64,000 nucleotides of DNA from an uncultured Gemmatimonadales bacterium. Lineage in GTDB: Bacteria > Gemmatimonadota > Gemmatimonadetes > Gemmatimonadales > GWC2-71-9. This document shows positions 29,849-38,135 of the stretch, in pieces. The translations under genes and the position numbers were made by a program. The notes below the pieces were generated by a model that was not told the origin of the DNA, ran no database searches, and saw only the letters and a program-made list of their open reading frames with translations. Numbering within the stretch: position 1 is the stretch's first letter; every line of letters begins with the position of its first letter. The DNA lies in NCBI GenBank assembly GCA_963728915.1, contig CAVSLV010000001.1:512001-576000 (forward strand), given 5' to 3'.

Positions 29849-31124
29849 GAATCAAGCCGGCGCTCCGCAGGCGCTCCACCGCGTCGCGGATCTGCTCGAT
29901 CGGTTGTCCGGAGCGCTCGGCCATATCGGCGACCCCGTGGGCTCCGTCGGAGAGATTCAACACCCAAAGCAAGGTCAGGTCGGTGGCGGACAACTGGCGG
30001 TTCCCCGCTAGGCCTCGGTAGAGGTTGCGCCGGCCGAGCTGCGGTTCGCCGCGCGGATCGGCGCGGAGGTACGGCGGGTCGTGCTCGAGAGCATCGAGGA
30101 TCCGGTTCAGGACCTCATACGAATCGACCAGGGAGTCGGGGCTCACCAGGTCGAGGTTGTCGGCCGAGCTGTGGTATTCGGGATATTCGCCGCTCGGCGT
30201 TCGGCTCAGGCATCCCACAGGAAGGTCGAAGCCCGGGGAGCAGTACTGGCGTTCGTCATGGCCATAGGGTGTAAACGGACGCACCCGGTCGGCCAGCCCG
30301 GCGGAGCGGAACACCCTCGCCGCGGCGCGGTCAATCGCCGCATCGCCGCGCCGGCTCCGCTTGTACGTCGTCGGTCCCGGGTCTCCCAGGGAGCCAAGCA
30401 CGAGACCGTGTTTGATCCGGGCCGGAATCGCCGGGTTACGCGCGAGCCAGACCAGCGAGCCGATCGTGCCTGGAATGAACAGGAAGCGATAGGAGAGCCG
30501 GCGACGCGTGGGGCCGAGGTTCCTGGCCAGCTCCACCGCGAGGGCGACTCCCGACAGGTTGTCGTTGGCCAGGGATGGGTGGCAGACATGGCAGGAGAGC
30601 AACACCTCGTCGGCTGATTCGCCCGGGAGAAAGTACTCCCCATAGGTCAGGGAGCCCGGGGCCAGGGTCGAGTCGATGCAGACGTCGTACTGCCCCTCGG
30701 GGAGGGCGAGGAGCTGCCGGTGACTGAGGCAAAAGCCCCAGCCTTCCTGCCAGTAGCTGGTGCGATAGGGAATCCAGTCGGGGTGTTCGGGGAGAGAGAA
30801 GAGGTGGGGTCGCAGCTCGGCGAGCGACATGCTCCGCCGGACCGGCGAGCTGTAACTCACCACGTGAAGATTCGATGCCTGGAAGTCGATGACGCGGCGG
30901 CCGTCCTGAGCGACGTAGGCGTCCCGGATGTTCCACTCCGGCGGCACCGTCCAATCGAACGCCTGGGTCCCCGAGGGCACTTCCTCCAGAGCGAGGGGGA
31001 CTTCCTGCTGAATTCGCCGAAGCGTCGTCCGGAGCCCCTCGCCGGTCACGCTGCGACAGACCGGGAACAGCTCCGCGACGAGCTCGTACATGCGCCGCCC
31101 GCGGGCTTCGGCCGGTTCGGCCAT
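29838..31124 (-). CDS. DUF4910 protein (M28-like aminopeptidase fold, C-terminal winged helix)
   Basis: RSVTGEG, FDWTVPPEWNI, IPYRTSY, HVCHPSLANDNLSG, DERQY, YHSSADN, EPQLGRRNLY. Confidence 0.88.
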   Translation of the reverse strand: MAEPAEARGRRMYELVAELFPVCRSVTGEGLRTTLRRIQQEVPLALEEVPSGTQAFDWTVPPEWNIRDAYVAQDGRRVIDFQASNLHVVSYSSPVRRSMSLAELRPHLFSLPEHPDWIPYRTSYWQEGWGFCLSHRQLLALPEGQYDVCIDSTLAPGSLTYGEYFLPGESADEVLLSCHVCHPSLANDNLSGVALAVELARNLGPTRRRLSYRFLFIPGTIGSLVWLARNPAIPARIKHGLVLGSLGDPGPTTYKRSRRGDAAIDRAAARVFRSAGLADRVRPFTPYGHDERQYCSPGFDLPVGCLSRTPSGEYPEYHSSADNLDLVSPDSLVDSYEVLNRILDALEHDPPYLRADPRGEPQLGRRNLYRGLAGNRQLSATDLTLLWVLNLSDGAHGVADMAERSGQPIEQIRDAVERLRSAGLIHDA

Positions 31125-31125
31125 C

Positions 31126-31665
31126 TCAACCGGATTCCGGGACGAAGTCGGGGTAGGCTTCATCCCGGGGAAGCAGGATGGGTGGAAGGATGGGCCAGGG
31201 GATGCCGAACGCAGGATCGTTCCACCGCACCCCGCGACTCAGCTCGGGGTCATAGAACTCCGACATCTGATACGAGATCTCGGTGTCATCCACGAGGGTC
31301 TGCAACCCGTGGGCGCACCCGGCCGGAACGTAGATGGCGAGGCGATTCTCCTGGTTCAGCTCCACCGCGACGTGCCCGCAAAACGTGGGGGACTCGGGAC
31401 GGAGATCGATGACCACGTCGAGCAGCGCCCCCCGCAGGCATCGAACCAGCTTGACCTCGGCATGGGGCGGCGCCTGGAAGTGCATGCCGCGCAGGGTGCC
31501 CCGGCGCGCCGAATAGGAGATGCTGCACTGCGCCACCCGGGTCTCCAGCCCTCGTTCGGCGAGCTCCCGGGCACACCAGGTCCGGGCGAAAAAACCCCGT
31601 GGGTCCGGCTTTTGCGCGAGCCCGAGGAGGTAGACGCCCGCGAGGGGGGTGGGGGTGAAGATCAC
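31126..31665 (-). CDS. rfbC: NDP-4-keto-sugar 3,5-epimerase (RmlC/RfbC family)
   Basis: DPRGFFAR, GTLRGMHFQ, KLVRC, DLRPESPTF, GCAHG, WNDP. Confidence 0.93.
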   Translation of the reverse strand: MIFTPTPLAGVYLLGLAQKPDPRGFFARTWCARELAERGLETRVAQCSISYSARRGTLRGMHFQAPPHAEVKLVRCLRGALLDVVIDLRPESPTFCGHVAVELNQENRLAIYVPAGCAHGLQTLVDDTEISYQMSEFYDPELSRGVRWNDPAFGIPWPILPPILLPRDEAYPDFVPESG

Positions 31666-32894
31666 CGGTAGACCCGCGGGGTGGGAATCGGCACGATGAA
31701 CCGGCCGCCCCAGCTGCGGATGTGGTCGAGTTGGCGCATGATCTCGTCCTGGAGATTCCAGGGCAGAATGAGCACGTAATCCGGGCGGGTCTCCTCGAGG
31801 CGCTCCGGGGCCAGCACCGGGATTCGAGAGCCGGGAAGGTATTTCCCTTGCTTGTAGGGATTGCGATCGACCGTATAGGCGATCAGGTCGGTTCCGATGC
31901 CGCAGTAGTTCAACAGGGTGTTGCCCTTGCCGGGAGCGCCATACCCGGCGACCTGTTTCCCGGCGTCCCGGGCTTCGGCCAGGAGCGCGAGCAGCTTCTG
32001 TTTGACCTCCGGCGGCCGCCGGGCAAAGTCGGCGTAGTACTCGAGCCGGGTTATGCCGGCCTCGGTCTCCCGATCGAGGAGGTCGGCCACCCGGGGAGTC
32101 GTCCGGTGCGCCGGGTCGCCGTCCCGTGCGGCGAAGATCCGCAGCGACCCGCCGTGGGTCGAAAGCTCCTCGACGTCGAACACCGCAAGGCCGTGTGCGC
32201 CAAGCACCCGGGTTGTCGTGAAGAGGGAAAAGTAGGAATAGTGCTCATGGTAGATGGTGTCGAACTGGTTTCCTTCCACCAGCCGGAGCATATGGGGAAA
32301 CTCCAGCGTCAGGACCCCGCCGGGACGGAGCAACAGGCTCAGGCCGGCCACGAAGTCGTTCAGGTCGGGGACCTGGGCCAGGACGTTGTTGCCGATGAGC
32401 AGGTCCGCGCCGAGATCGCGGGCCAGGAGCCGGTGGGCCGAGTCCCGACCGAAGAATTCGACCAGGGTTGGGATGCCCTTCGCTTCGGCCGCCCGGGCGA
32501 CGTTCTGGGCGGGCTCGATGCCAAGACTCGGGATCCCCGCCCGCAGGAAATACTGAAGGAGATACCCGTCGTTACTTGCGACCTCCACGACCCGGCTCGT
32601 CGCGCCGAGGCGGAACCGCTCCTGCATCGCCGTCGCAAAGCGTTCCGCATGGGCCAGCCAGCTCTCGGAATACGAGGAGAAATACGCGTACTCCGAAAAG
32701 ATCTCCTCTCCACTCACGTGGGCGGGAAGCTGGACCAGGAAGCACTCGGGGCAGACGGAAACCATGAGCGGGTAGACCGGGTCCGGGCTCGCCAGCGCCT
32801 CGGCCGGAACGTAGCTCTCGCAGAGCGGTGTCGACCCGAGATCGAGGAATTCGTGAATTGGGCTGACGCCGCAAAACCGGCAGGGCTCGCGCAA
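31662..32894 (-). CDS. NDP-hexose C-methyltransferase (Zn-binding N-terminus, SAM domain, C-methyltransferase C-terminal domain)
   Basis: CRFC...CPEC, EVASNDG, FDTIYHEH, THGGS, GYGAPGKGNTLLN, LPWN. Confidence 0.92.
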   Translation of the reverse strand: MREPCRFCGVSPIHEFLDLGSTPLCESYVPAEALASPDPVYPLMVSVCPECFLVQLPAHVSGEEIFSEYAYFSSYSESWLAHAERFATAMQERFRLGATSRVVEVASNDGYLLQYFLRAGIPSLGIEPAQNVARAAEAKGIPTLVEFFGRDSAHRLLARDLGADLLIGNNVLAQVPDLNDFVAGLSLLLRPGGVLTLEFPHMLRLVEGNQFDTIYHEHYSYFSLFTTTRVLGAHGLAVFDVEELSTHGGSLRIFAARDGDPAHRTTPRVADLLDRETEAGITRLEYYADFARRPPEVKQKLLALLAEARDAGKQVAGYGAPGKGNTLLNYCGIGTDLIAYTVDRNPYKQGKYLPGSRIPVLAPERLEETRPDYVLILPWNLQDEIMRQLDHIRSWGGRFIVPIPTPRVYR

Positions 32895-32992
32895 AGGGCT
32901 CTTTGTTTTGGCGTTTTAATTTGAGGCCCCCCGACGATCCGGGGCCACTCAGTATAATGGAATCCGACAGGGGAACGCTGCCGAGCCGGACC

Positions 32993-34072
32993 ATGAAGTC
33001 CGAATATGAAATCCTCCGTTATCGCCCTGAGTTTCACGACCGGATCGTCCGGCTGCAAGAGCAGCTGTGGAGTCCCGATCGCGGGTTAAACGCGGCCTAT
33101 TTTCGCTGGAAATATCTCGACAACCCCTATGCCGATGACGTTGCCATCTATCTCGCCATCCACCGCGGTGAGGTGGTCGGTATGCGGGGCTTCTATGGAA
33201 GCCGGTGGGAAGCCGGCATCCCGCGCCAGGTGTTTTCCCTTTGGTGCGCCGACGACCTGGTGGTTGCCGCCGGTCATCGAAACCGGGGCCTGTTTACGAC
33301 GATCATGCGGGTCGCCCTCGAGGATCTGGCCGCCCGGGGCGATGGCTTTGGTGTCACCTTGAGCGGTGGAGAGCTGACCGTCCTGGGGTCCCTGACCATG
33401 GGATGGAAAAGCGCCGGGCCGCTCCATCCCCTGGGTCTTTCGGTCCGGCGATCTGGGCGCCTGCGCCGCTGGTTCCGGGGCCCTCCCGTCGAACGGTTCC
33501 ACCGACTCGATCGATGGCGTCCTTCCGGTTCCGGACCGGCGCCGCTCCGGGTGGAACGGGACCCTGAGCCCGAATCGATGGCGGCGCTGGTCGCCGAGCT
33601 GGGCCATGATGGTCGGCTCCGCCATGTGCGCGATGCGGAGTACTTCCGATGGCGCCTCCGTAACCCGCTCCGGGAGTACCGGTTTCTCTATCTCGGGTCC
33701 TCTCGCCTCAGTGGGTACCTGGTTCTTCGCCGGTCCACTTCACCCTACTATCAGGCCGTCGCGATCCAGGTCGCCGACTGGGAGGCGAGCACCCCGGAGG
33801 GAGCGAGCGAGCTCCTTCGTGCCGCGCTCTCGGGAGGTCGGTTCGCCTCGATGACCGCATGGGGAGCGGCCCTCGCACCCGGCAGGGCGGACATCCTCAA
33901 GGCTCATGGATTTCGGCCGGTCGAGGCGGACCGGACCCTTCGGGGTGACCGATGCACACTGATCCGGCCGTTGCGTTCGGGGCTGCCGCTGGAGGAGTGG
34001 ACGATGGGGGGAAGGAATCTGCTGGTGCCCGAAAACTGGGATTTGCGAATGCTGTATTCGATGCGGGGATGA
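32993..34072 (+). CDS. GNAT-fold acyltransferase, probably tandem GNAT
   Basis: YFRWKYLDNP, VVGMR, DLVVAAGHRNRGLFT (motif A); second half RDAEYFRWRLRNP; start could be 32957. Confidence 0.8.
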   Translation: MKSEYEILRYRPEFHDRIVRLQEQLWSPDRGLNAAYFRWKYLDNPYADDVAIYLAIHRGEVVGMRGFYGSRWEAGIPRQVFSLWCADDLVVAAGHRNRGLFTTIMRVALEDLAARGDGFGVTLSGGELTVLGSLTMGWKSAGPLHPLGLSVRRSGRLRRWFRGPPVERFHRLDRWRPSGSGPAPLRVERDPEPESMAALVAELGHDGRLRHVRDAEYFRWRLRNPLREYRFLYLGSSRLSGYLVLRRSTSPYYQAVAIQVADWEASTPEGASELLRAALSGGRFASMTAWGAALAPGRADILKAHGFRPVEADRTLRGDRCTLIRPLRSGLPLEEWTMGGRNLLVPENWDLRMLYSMRG

Positions 34073-34341
34073 GGAAAAGCGGATTGCCGGCCCCCGATTC
34101 ACAGCGCGAGCTGATCGAGGCCATTCGGGAATGGGCGCCCGCCCTGGACCCGGTTGACGCGGAAACACCGCTCTTCCAGTCGGGGTACTTCGATTCCCTC
34201 GCCCTCTTCAACCTGGTGACCTGGATCGAGGACCGGATTGGAGCGCCCGTGGAGGTGGATGCTCTGGATCCCACCCGCGAATGGACTACGGTCGCCGAGA
34301 TCCTGCGGTACGTTGAACGGGCCAGAATCAGCCGGCGGTGA
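34069..34341 (+). CDS. Acyl/aminoacyl carrier protein (DltC-like)
   Basis: TPLFQSGYFDSLALFNLVTWIE phosphopantetheine motif; ATGA overlap with the GNAT. Confidence 0.85.
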   Translation: MRKSGLPAPDSQRELIEAIREWAPALDPVDAETPLFQSGYFDSLALFNLVTWIEDRIGAPVEVDALDPTREWTTVAEILRYVERARISRR

Positions 34342-34347
34342 CCCTCT

Positions 34348-34791
34348 TCAGCTGCTGAATTGGGTCAGGTGGTGATCGAGATGCCGGGCCGTGAGCCGGC
34401 TCCAGTGTTTCCCGGTCATCCGGCCCATCGCGACGCTCGCGGGCCAAGCTGAGGAGAGTGGTTGCCGGTAGATCCGGTCCACCAGCGCCAGACACTCTGC
34501 TTGCTGCTGCGGGAAGTCGTGGGATGTAACCGCATACATGTCTTCGCGGGTCCGCGCCCCTTTTCCCCATGGCAGATTGAGGACCGCCCACCGCATCACG
34601 GGCTTCGGGATGGGAATGGGCTTGATCTCAGGGTGATAGTCGCCGACCGCCTCGCGCATGGACACGTTCACGTGCCAGAGCATCTGGTCGATACTCATCT
34701 TTCCCCACAGCCGCGGGGTGCCCGTTCGGAGGGATTCGACCCGTTTCCGGATCGAGGCGTAGACCTCGGGGTCGTGGAGGAGCGTGGACAT
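34348..34791 (-). CDS. DUF1569 / DinB-like protein
   Basis: WGKMSIDQMLWH, GRMT...W, HLDHHLTQF; this is the C-terminal part of the 608-aa ORF. Confidence 0.88.
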   Translation of the reverse strand: MSTLLHDPEVYASIRKRVESLRTGTPRLWGKMSIDQMLWHVNVSMREAVGDYHPEIKPIPIPKPVMRWAVLNLPWGKGARTREDMYAVTSHDFPQQQAECLALVDRIYRQPLSSAWPASVAMGRMTGKHWSRLTARHLDHHLTQFSS

Positions 34792-34854
34792 GGGACTCAG
34801 CCTGGTGAGTAGGTCTGTGATTGCGGGGAGGGCCCCGGAGTAATACTGTTTCGC

Positions 34855-35454
34855 ATGCTCCGAATTGTCCGGACCGTCGGGCTCCTGCTTGGGTTTCCAA
34901 TGCTCGCCTCGTGCCTCTGGGCCCAGCAGCACGAACACGCGATGGGTATGACGCAGGTGGTGATCCCCCAGGGCGCTCTCTATACCGAGGCCGACGTCCG
35001 GTTCATGCAGGGAATGATCGCCCACCATGCCCAGGCCGTCTATATGTCCCGGATGGCGGCCGCCCATGGGGCCGGCCGCCGGCTGCTCCGGTTCGCCCAG
35101 AAGATAGATCAATCCCAGATCGCCGAGATCGCCCTGATGCAGCGATGGCTCCGATCCAACAACCAGGCGGCGCCGGACACTTCCTCCTGGCGGACCATGC
35201 AGATGCCCGGCATGCTCACCGCCCCGCAGCTTCAGACTCTCGATGCGGCGCATGGGCCGGAGTTCGACCGCCAGTTCCTGGTGCTCATGATCCAGCATCA
35301 CGAGGGTGCGCTCAAGATGGTCGCGGACCTGTTCGCGACGCCCCTGGCCGGCCAGGAGGTGGACGTATCGGTCCTGGCCAACGATATCCACACCGTGCAG
35401 ACCGCGGAGATCGGTCTGATGCAGCGGATGCTGTCGGCGCTGTCCAACCAGTAG
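34855..35454 (+). CDS. DUF305 (CopM-like ferritin-fold) exported protein
   Basis: DVRFMQGMIAHHAQAVYMS, QIAEIALM, MPGML, FLVLMIQHHEGALKM. Confidence 0.92.
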   Translation: MLRIVRTVGLLLGFPMLASCLWAQQHEHAMGMTQVVIPQGALYTEADVRFMQGMIAHHAQAVYMSRMAAAHGAGRRLLRFAQKIDQSQIAEIALMQRWLRSNNQAAPDTSSWRTMQMPGMLTAPQLQTLDAAHGPEFDRQFLVLMIQHHEGALKMVADLFATPLAGQEVDVSVLANDIHTVQTAEIGLMQRMLSALSNQ

Positions 35455-35475
35455 GTCCAACGGAGTATTTCCCTG

Positions 35476-37313
35476 ATGAAACTCGCTCGCACGATCGGTC
35501 GCCTGATCCCCCTGGCCATGATCGCGGCCCCCCTGCTTTCCGCTCAGACTTATCCCAAGGGCAACGATCCTCGCGACGGACTCAAGCCGGGCCTCTACGA
35601 TGCGGGGACCGTAGCGAGCGGAATGCGCCTGGTATCCTTTTCCCGGAAAGGGGCTGCGCTCGATTCGATTCGCGGGCTCACCTTCATCAACTCCGACATC
35701 GCTTTCCGGGATCACTATGTCTACCAGGGCAACTTTTCCGGCTTCATGATCTGGGACGTCAAGAACCCCGCCAAGCCGGTCCTGGTATCGACGGTCGCGT
35801 GCGTCACCTCGCAGGGCGACCCCTCCATCATCGGCCACCTGCTCTTCGTCTCCGCCGAAGGGGGAGGGAACCGGAACGACTGCGCCAAGGGCGGGGTGCA
35901 GGACCCGGCCGATCACATGACGGGAGTGCGGATCTACGATGTTTCCGATCCGCGGGCGCCGAAGCTGATCAAGAACGTGCAGACCTGCAAAGGCTCCCAC
36001 ACCCATACCGTGATCCCCAGCCCGACCGACAAGGGTGTGGTCTACATCTATGTCTCGGGCAACCAGGGAGCCCGTCCTGCGACCGAGCTGGCCGGTTGCG
36101 TGAACGGGACCGATCCCGCCGACGAAACCAACTCGCTCTATCGGCTCGACATCATCAAGGTCCCGCTCGCGCACCCGGACCAGGCCGAGGTCGTGGCGGG
36201 CGGGCGGATCTTCACCGGACTCGATGCCGCTCCCCTCAGCTCGGCGCGAGAGACCGCCATGGCGGCCCGGGGCGTCCGGCGGGTGGCGGAGCGGCTGCCG
36301 CGCCCGGCGGAGGGCCGGGCGAGTTCATGCGCACCGGTCCGCGGAACTGTCACGACGTGACGGCCTATCCCGCGTTCCATCTCCTGGCCGGCGCCTGTGC
36401 GAGTTATGGGTTGATGGTGGACATCTCCGATCCGGAGCATCCGGTGCGGATCGATGCCCGCGCCGATACCAATTTCTCCCTCTGGCACACCGCGGTGTTC
36501 AGCAATGATGGCTCCAAGGTCGTCTTCACCGATGAGTGGGGCGGCGGCACCCAGCCGATGTGCCAGGCCACCAGCATGATGGAGATGGGGGGAAACACGA
36601 TTCTCACCATCGGCGCGGACCACAGGTTCACCCAGCACGCCTACTTCAAGCTTCCCACCGCGCAGTCCGCCCAGGAGAACTGTGTGTCACACAACGGTGG
36701 GCTGGTGCCGGTGCCGGGCCGGGACCTCATGGTGCAGGGATGGTATCAGGGCGGGATCAGCGTAATGGATTTCACCGATCCGGATCACCCGTTCGAGATC
36801 GCCTACTTCGATCGGGGATCGGCCGATCCGCCCCCGATGCCGGGCGACACGGCCAACGCGTCGGTGAGCCGGATGCGGGGAACCATCGGCGGATCGTGGG
36901 GCGCCTACTACTGGAACGGCTACGTCTATTCCTCGGAGCTGGCCCGGGGCTTCGACGTGCTCGAGCTGCTCCCGACCGACCAGCTCTCGGCGAACGAGCT
37001 GGCCGCGGCCAAGCTGGTCACCATGACGGAGTACAACCCCCAGAGCCAGCCCCGGATCGAGTGGCCGGCGGGGTTCCCGGTGGTCCGGTCCTATCTCGAC
37101 CAGCTAACCCGGAACAACGGTCTCCCGAAGGAGCGAATCACCGCGATCGCGAACGCCCTGACCCTGGCCCAACGGCGGACGGGGGCGGACCGACGGCCAT
37201 TGCTCGAACAGTTGGCCACCCAGGTGGACGGGGACGTGGCAGGGGCGGAGGATGCGGCGCGGGTCAGAGCGATGGCCACCGCGATCCGGGCACTGGCTGC
37301 CTCGGGCAAGTAA
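35476..37313 (+). CDS. LVIVD-repeat beta-propeller secreted protein (frameshift near 36270)
   Basis: NSDIAF, IWDVKNP, IYDVSDP and GSHTHT in the first frame; CHDVT, VDISDP, WHTA, TDEWGGG, SHNG and MDFTDP in the second; one G missing in CGGGGC. Confidence 0.88.
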
Positions 37314-37349
37314 GGGAAGCAGCAATCGGCGTGGAGAAAGGGGGCTGAG

Positions 37350-38072
37350 ATGGGCAGGCTGCTATTCGCGCTGCAATTGCTGGGAGCTCTCGCGATTTCC
37401 CCGTTGAGTGCTCAGAAGCCGACGGCATCGGGACCGCCTCCCATCGGAACGTTCGTGACCGGTACCTATGACTTCACCACCAGCGGGGAGGTCAGGTATT
37501 CCATGCACGATGGCGACTCCCAATCGAGGCGCAGAGGCGGCACCTACAAGGACGAGACCTGGGTGGAGAAGAGCGAGGAGAGCTCCTGGCACCTGACCTT
37601 CTCCTACATCGGTTCCCGGCCGCACCTTCAGGTGGAAATTGAGAGTTGGTCGCACCAGGAGACCCATATCCAAACCGGAGCGACCAATGGCGTGCCGTAC
37701 CGGGTAGAGACCATCCAGACAGAGACGTTGTCTGCCCGACAGCCCAGCATGGACTACAACGCGACCTTGCATATCGGAGCGGTCAAATCCGTCACCGGGA
37801 TGCGTACCTTACCCGCTCTGGTGATGTCCGTGGACCCCACGTTCGGGGTCGACGTCGTAAAGGAGGTCAAGTACTCCTATGGACGAAGCCCCCCTCCAAG
37901 CCAGAGCTATGTCGAGAAGGGCATGCACTTCAACCTTCGCAATTGGGCCCAGGCGAACTGGGAGCGCGGGGTGCTCGATACGATGAACGACCACCGCGAG
38001 TACCAGACCGACGCGCCGGAGTTCGAACCCTGGCTGAACATCCACGCCACCTGGAAGATCCACCCGAAATAG
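37350..38072 (+). CDS. Hypothetical secreted beta-rich protein
   Basis: Signal peptide ending LSA-Q; purine-rich RBS; no family recognised. Confidence 0.75.
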   Translation: MGRLLFALQLLGALAISPLSAQKPTASGPPPIGTFVTGTYDFTTSGEVRYSMHDGDSQSRRRGGTYKDETWVEKSEESSWHLTFSYIGSRPHLQVEIESWSHQETHIQTGATNGVPYRVETIQTETLSARQPSMDYNATLHIGAVKSVTGMRTLPALVMSVDPTFGVDVVKEVKYSYGRSPPPSQSYVEKGMHFNLRNWAQANWERGVLDTMNDHREYQTDAPEFEPWLNIHATWKIHPK

Positions 38073-38135
38073 GCTTCCGATGCCGCACACCTGGCTGCTC
38101 GAGGGAGAGCGGCTCGTTCGCACGACCGGTAGTCT

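Noticed and set aside
34348..36174. 608-aa minus ORF as a fusion protein
   Set aside because: Only the last 147 aa (from 34791) are DUF1569-like; the rest is antisense to DUF305 and LVIVD
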